In this document: in pieces, positions 61,631-64,000 of the stretch
Position numbering within the stretch: position 1 is the stretch's first letter
Layout: the number at the start of each line of letters is the position of its first letter
Assembly: GCF_009914755.1 (NCBI RefSeq)
Contig: NC_060925.1
Length of the DNA stretch: 64,000 bases
Origin: the human T2T-CHM13v2.0 reference genome, Homo sapiens
Reading direction: 5' to 3' (one strand)
The notes under the pieces: model-generated
What the model saw: the letters and a program-made list of their open reading frames with translations, nothing else
What the model was told of the DNA's origin: nothing
The model's database searches: none
Made by a program: the position numbers and the translations under genes

Positions 61631-62199
61631 TCTGTAGCACCAGGTTCAGTGCCTGGTACGTAATAGGAATTTCACCATTGAATAAATTATCATGGAACTC
61701 TTCCCTCTTCATCATTTATGTATGGGATGTGCAAGTAAAATAAGGGAAAGGAAAGTTAAGCATTTCCTCCATTTTTTGGCCACTGAAATTGCCTCTCATC
61801 CCAACAGTTCGCCCAGGGATTCAGGACTCCTTACTCCAGATTTCAGTAGTTTTCTGAGGGGAATAGGGGCCACTTTCTGGACATCTGGAATGTGGCACTT
61901 CCTAAAGAAGGTTTGGTCTCAACCACATTTCAGCATCATGTACTTAATGTTCTAGTTAGATGAATCTATTTCAAATGATCCTCCAAGGAATGGAGGTCTT
62001 TGGTAGAAGATTCTTGTCACTTTACTGCATCCACTGAGCCCAGTGCCCTCAGAGTGGTAACAACACTACTGATTAAAAAATAGCATCACTGAATTTCTAA
62101 GAGGCAGGAAAGAGGCAATGAGGTAAGAAAACATCCCATAACACTGATTCTGCTTATTCTACTGCACTGTGTTGGCATCATGGTGAATCCCTTTGTCTC

Positions 62200-62425
62200 T
62201 GCAGTCAGGTTTCTTGGGTTCAAATTTCAACACTGCCACCGCCTTACAGTGTGATCTTGAGCAAACTGCTTCATTTTTCTACCCTTCAATATTCTCATTT
62301 GTAAAATGGGAGTGATAATATACTATCTTAGAGTATTATTTGAAGGATTAATGGAATTATATTTATAAAAAATCAGAACAGTGCCTAACACAGTTGTGGC
62401 TGAAAAGCACTCAGTAAATATTAAC
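62200..62425 (+). mobile_element. MIR
   Basis: gggttcaaattt...gtgtgatcttgagcaaact...ctcatttgtaaaatggg...cactcagtaaatatt. Confidence 0.8.
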
Positions 62426-62888
62426 TGACTGGCCAGTTTTCCTTTGTGCCCCCAGCTTTGCTGTGCTCTCCACAGCCCCTTACTCCGACTTCAGCAGAGC
62501 CTCCTCTCCTTATACTGTATCACACTGTATTGTCCTCCTTTACTGACCACTGTCCCTCACTAAAGTGTAAGCTTTCAAGGCTATTTGCCCCATTTTTGCA
62601 TTCTGACTGCCTAGCACAGTGCCTGTCATGTAAGAGTAATTAGATGTTGGGGGAATTATGAGAATTTGCAATGGTAGAACCTCCATTTCATAAGCCCTGC
62701 ATCAATTATAAACCCTAAGTGTTCACTGCTGATATCGTGAGTACTTATTGTACAATTACTTTATGGACCCCTGCATTCTCTTCTAAATGGGTGATAGGAA
62801 CCCTGGACAAGAGCAAAAGGCTCCGCACTGACCAATAATCCTAATAGCACCTAACATTTAGTGAATGATCACTATGACAATCCTATGC

Positions 62889-62961
62889 TAAAGGTTCAAC
62901 CGTATGCAGTTGCTATTTTTGCAGGCCAAATATTGGCAGTTTCAAAGGGCTCAATCGAATA
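62889..62961. mobile_element. MADE2 (Hsmar2-derived MITE), diverged
   Basis: ta-aaggttcaaccgtatgcagttgctatttttgcaggccaaatattggcagtttcaaagggctcaatcgaa-ta resembles the MADE2 consensus. Confidence 0.75.
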
Positions 62962-63014
62962 CGGTATCTATCTTAATTTTTTTTTATTCTACCATAGTAG
63001 AATGAGGTTTTAAC

Positions 63015-63140
63015 CTCAGTTAGAGATGAGAAAACTGAGACTTGTGGAGGTTAGTGTCTTACCAAGGTCCCACAGCTAGTAGGTGGTGGAAGCAAGGCTG
63101 GGCCCATCCTGCTACATCCCAGAGCTGATGCTTTGAGGCA
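63015..63140 (-). mobile_element. MIR
   Basis: agatgagaaaactgagacttgtggaggttagtgtcttaccaaggtcccacagctagt. Confidence 0.8.
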
Positions 63141-64000
63141 CCACAAGGCAAGGGAAGTTGGCTGCCCTCGGGTGCTCTCAGTGTAGTTCTGAAGACACAG
63201 CCATGTCTCAGGAAACTCCCAAAATAAACACAAAACTGAATATATGCACTACTAAGTTGGATTCAATTTCCTGAGACAGTACAGGAAGCCAGCGTGTCCT
63301 GTTCAAAGTTAACAGAGAAGAAGCGCATAGACTCTGGAAAAAATCTAACAATGCAACATCCCTTCAGAACATCTTGTTATTTTCTTGTACATTTGCTGGC
63401 CTTGGCCTCGGGCCGTAATTACATTATCTTCAAACAGCAACTAGAAATATTGCTCATTAAACATGAACACGGGAATGTTTAATTTGTTAGGACGTAGGTG
63501 TTTTGAAAGCAAATCATTGGTTCAGGGCATTGAACTGAGTGCTGCCATTGGAGTTGTCTTTGGTGAACACCATGTCCTGGCCAGAACTTTGCCATGATGC
63601 GTGTTCACTGCAGATGAGAGAAGGACCTAGGCCCTGCAATTCCTAGCTGGGGTCTGTGGCTCTGAGCTTGACGCTTTCTTTATGTTTATGAAAATGGGAC
63701 AACTCAGTTTCTCTCCCTCATCCGTTAAAATAGAAGAAGCAATCCTAATGTCACTTCAAAATTATGGCCTCTAAGGGGTTACAATCAGCATGTCATTTCC
63801 CATATGATGCTTAGATGATGTGTATTTGGTACAAACATATTTGTACAGCATCCAAGAATTTTAATCAAGGTTTAACTTTCAATAAGGTGAGTTAAGAGCA
63901 TCACAACTAGTGTCACAGCAATTTGCAGGATAGTCTTTGCTTCAACTTGGGAGTAACTTTGGACTCAAAAATACCTAGTTTTGAAAGCCGGAAGCACAAC

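Overview
This is human genomic DNA, since it carries a near-consensus AluYb8, a human-specific subfamily. The window is intergenic or deep-intronic and I see no host protein-coding exon, tRNA, rRNA or CRISPR array. Two full-length LINE-1s dominate it. One is a decayed L1PA6-type copy (+, 643-~6850) nested inside an older L1M. The other is an L1PA2-type copy (-, 19122-25475, with TSD). In the L1PA2, ORF1 is dead (one frameshift, two nonsense codons), but ORF2 has no stop or frameshift. It has an ATG>ACG start and a very young AluYb8 inserted after codon 84, whose right arm and A25 tail read in frame into the remaining 1193 ORF2 codons. The rest is a typical mosaic of AluJ/S, L2, MIR, MaLR/ERVL LTRs, MER5A and mariner MITEs (two MADE1, one MADE2), plus a 24-bp purine/pyrimidine VNTR. 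Structures not explained by repeats include a 220-bp quasi-palindrome (55464-55683), an exact 41-bp dispersed duplication (8187 and 11913) and several motif-dense unique blocks that look like enhancers. I cannot support a wholly new biological system. The best candidate for something unusual is the Alu-interrupted, ORF2-open L1PA2. Subfamily calls come from recalled consensus sequences and boundaries of old repeats are approximate.
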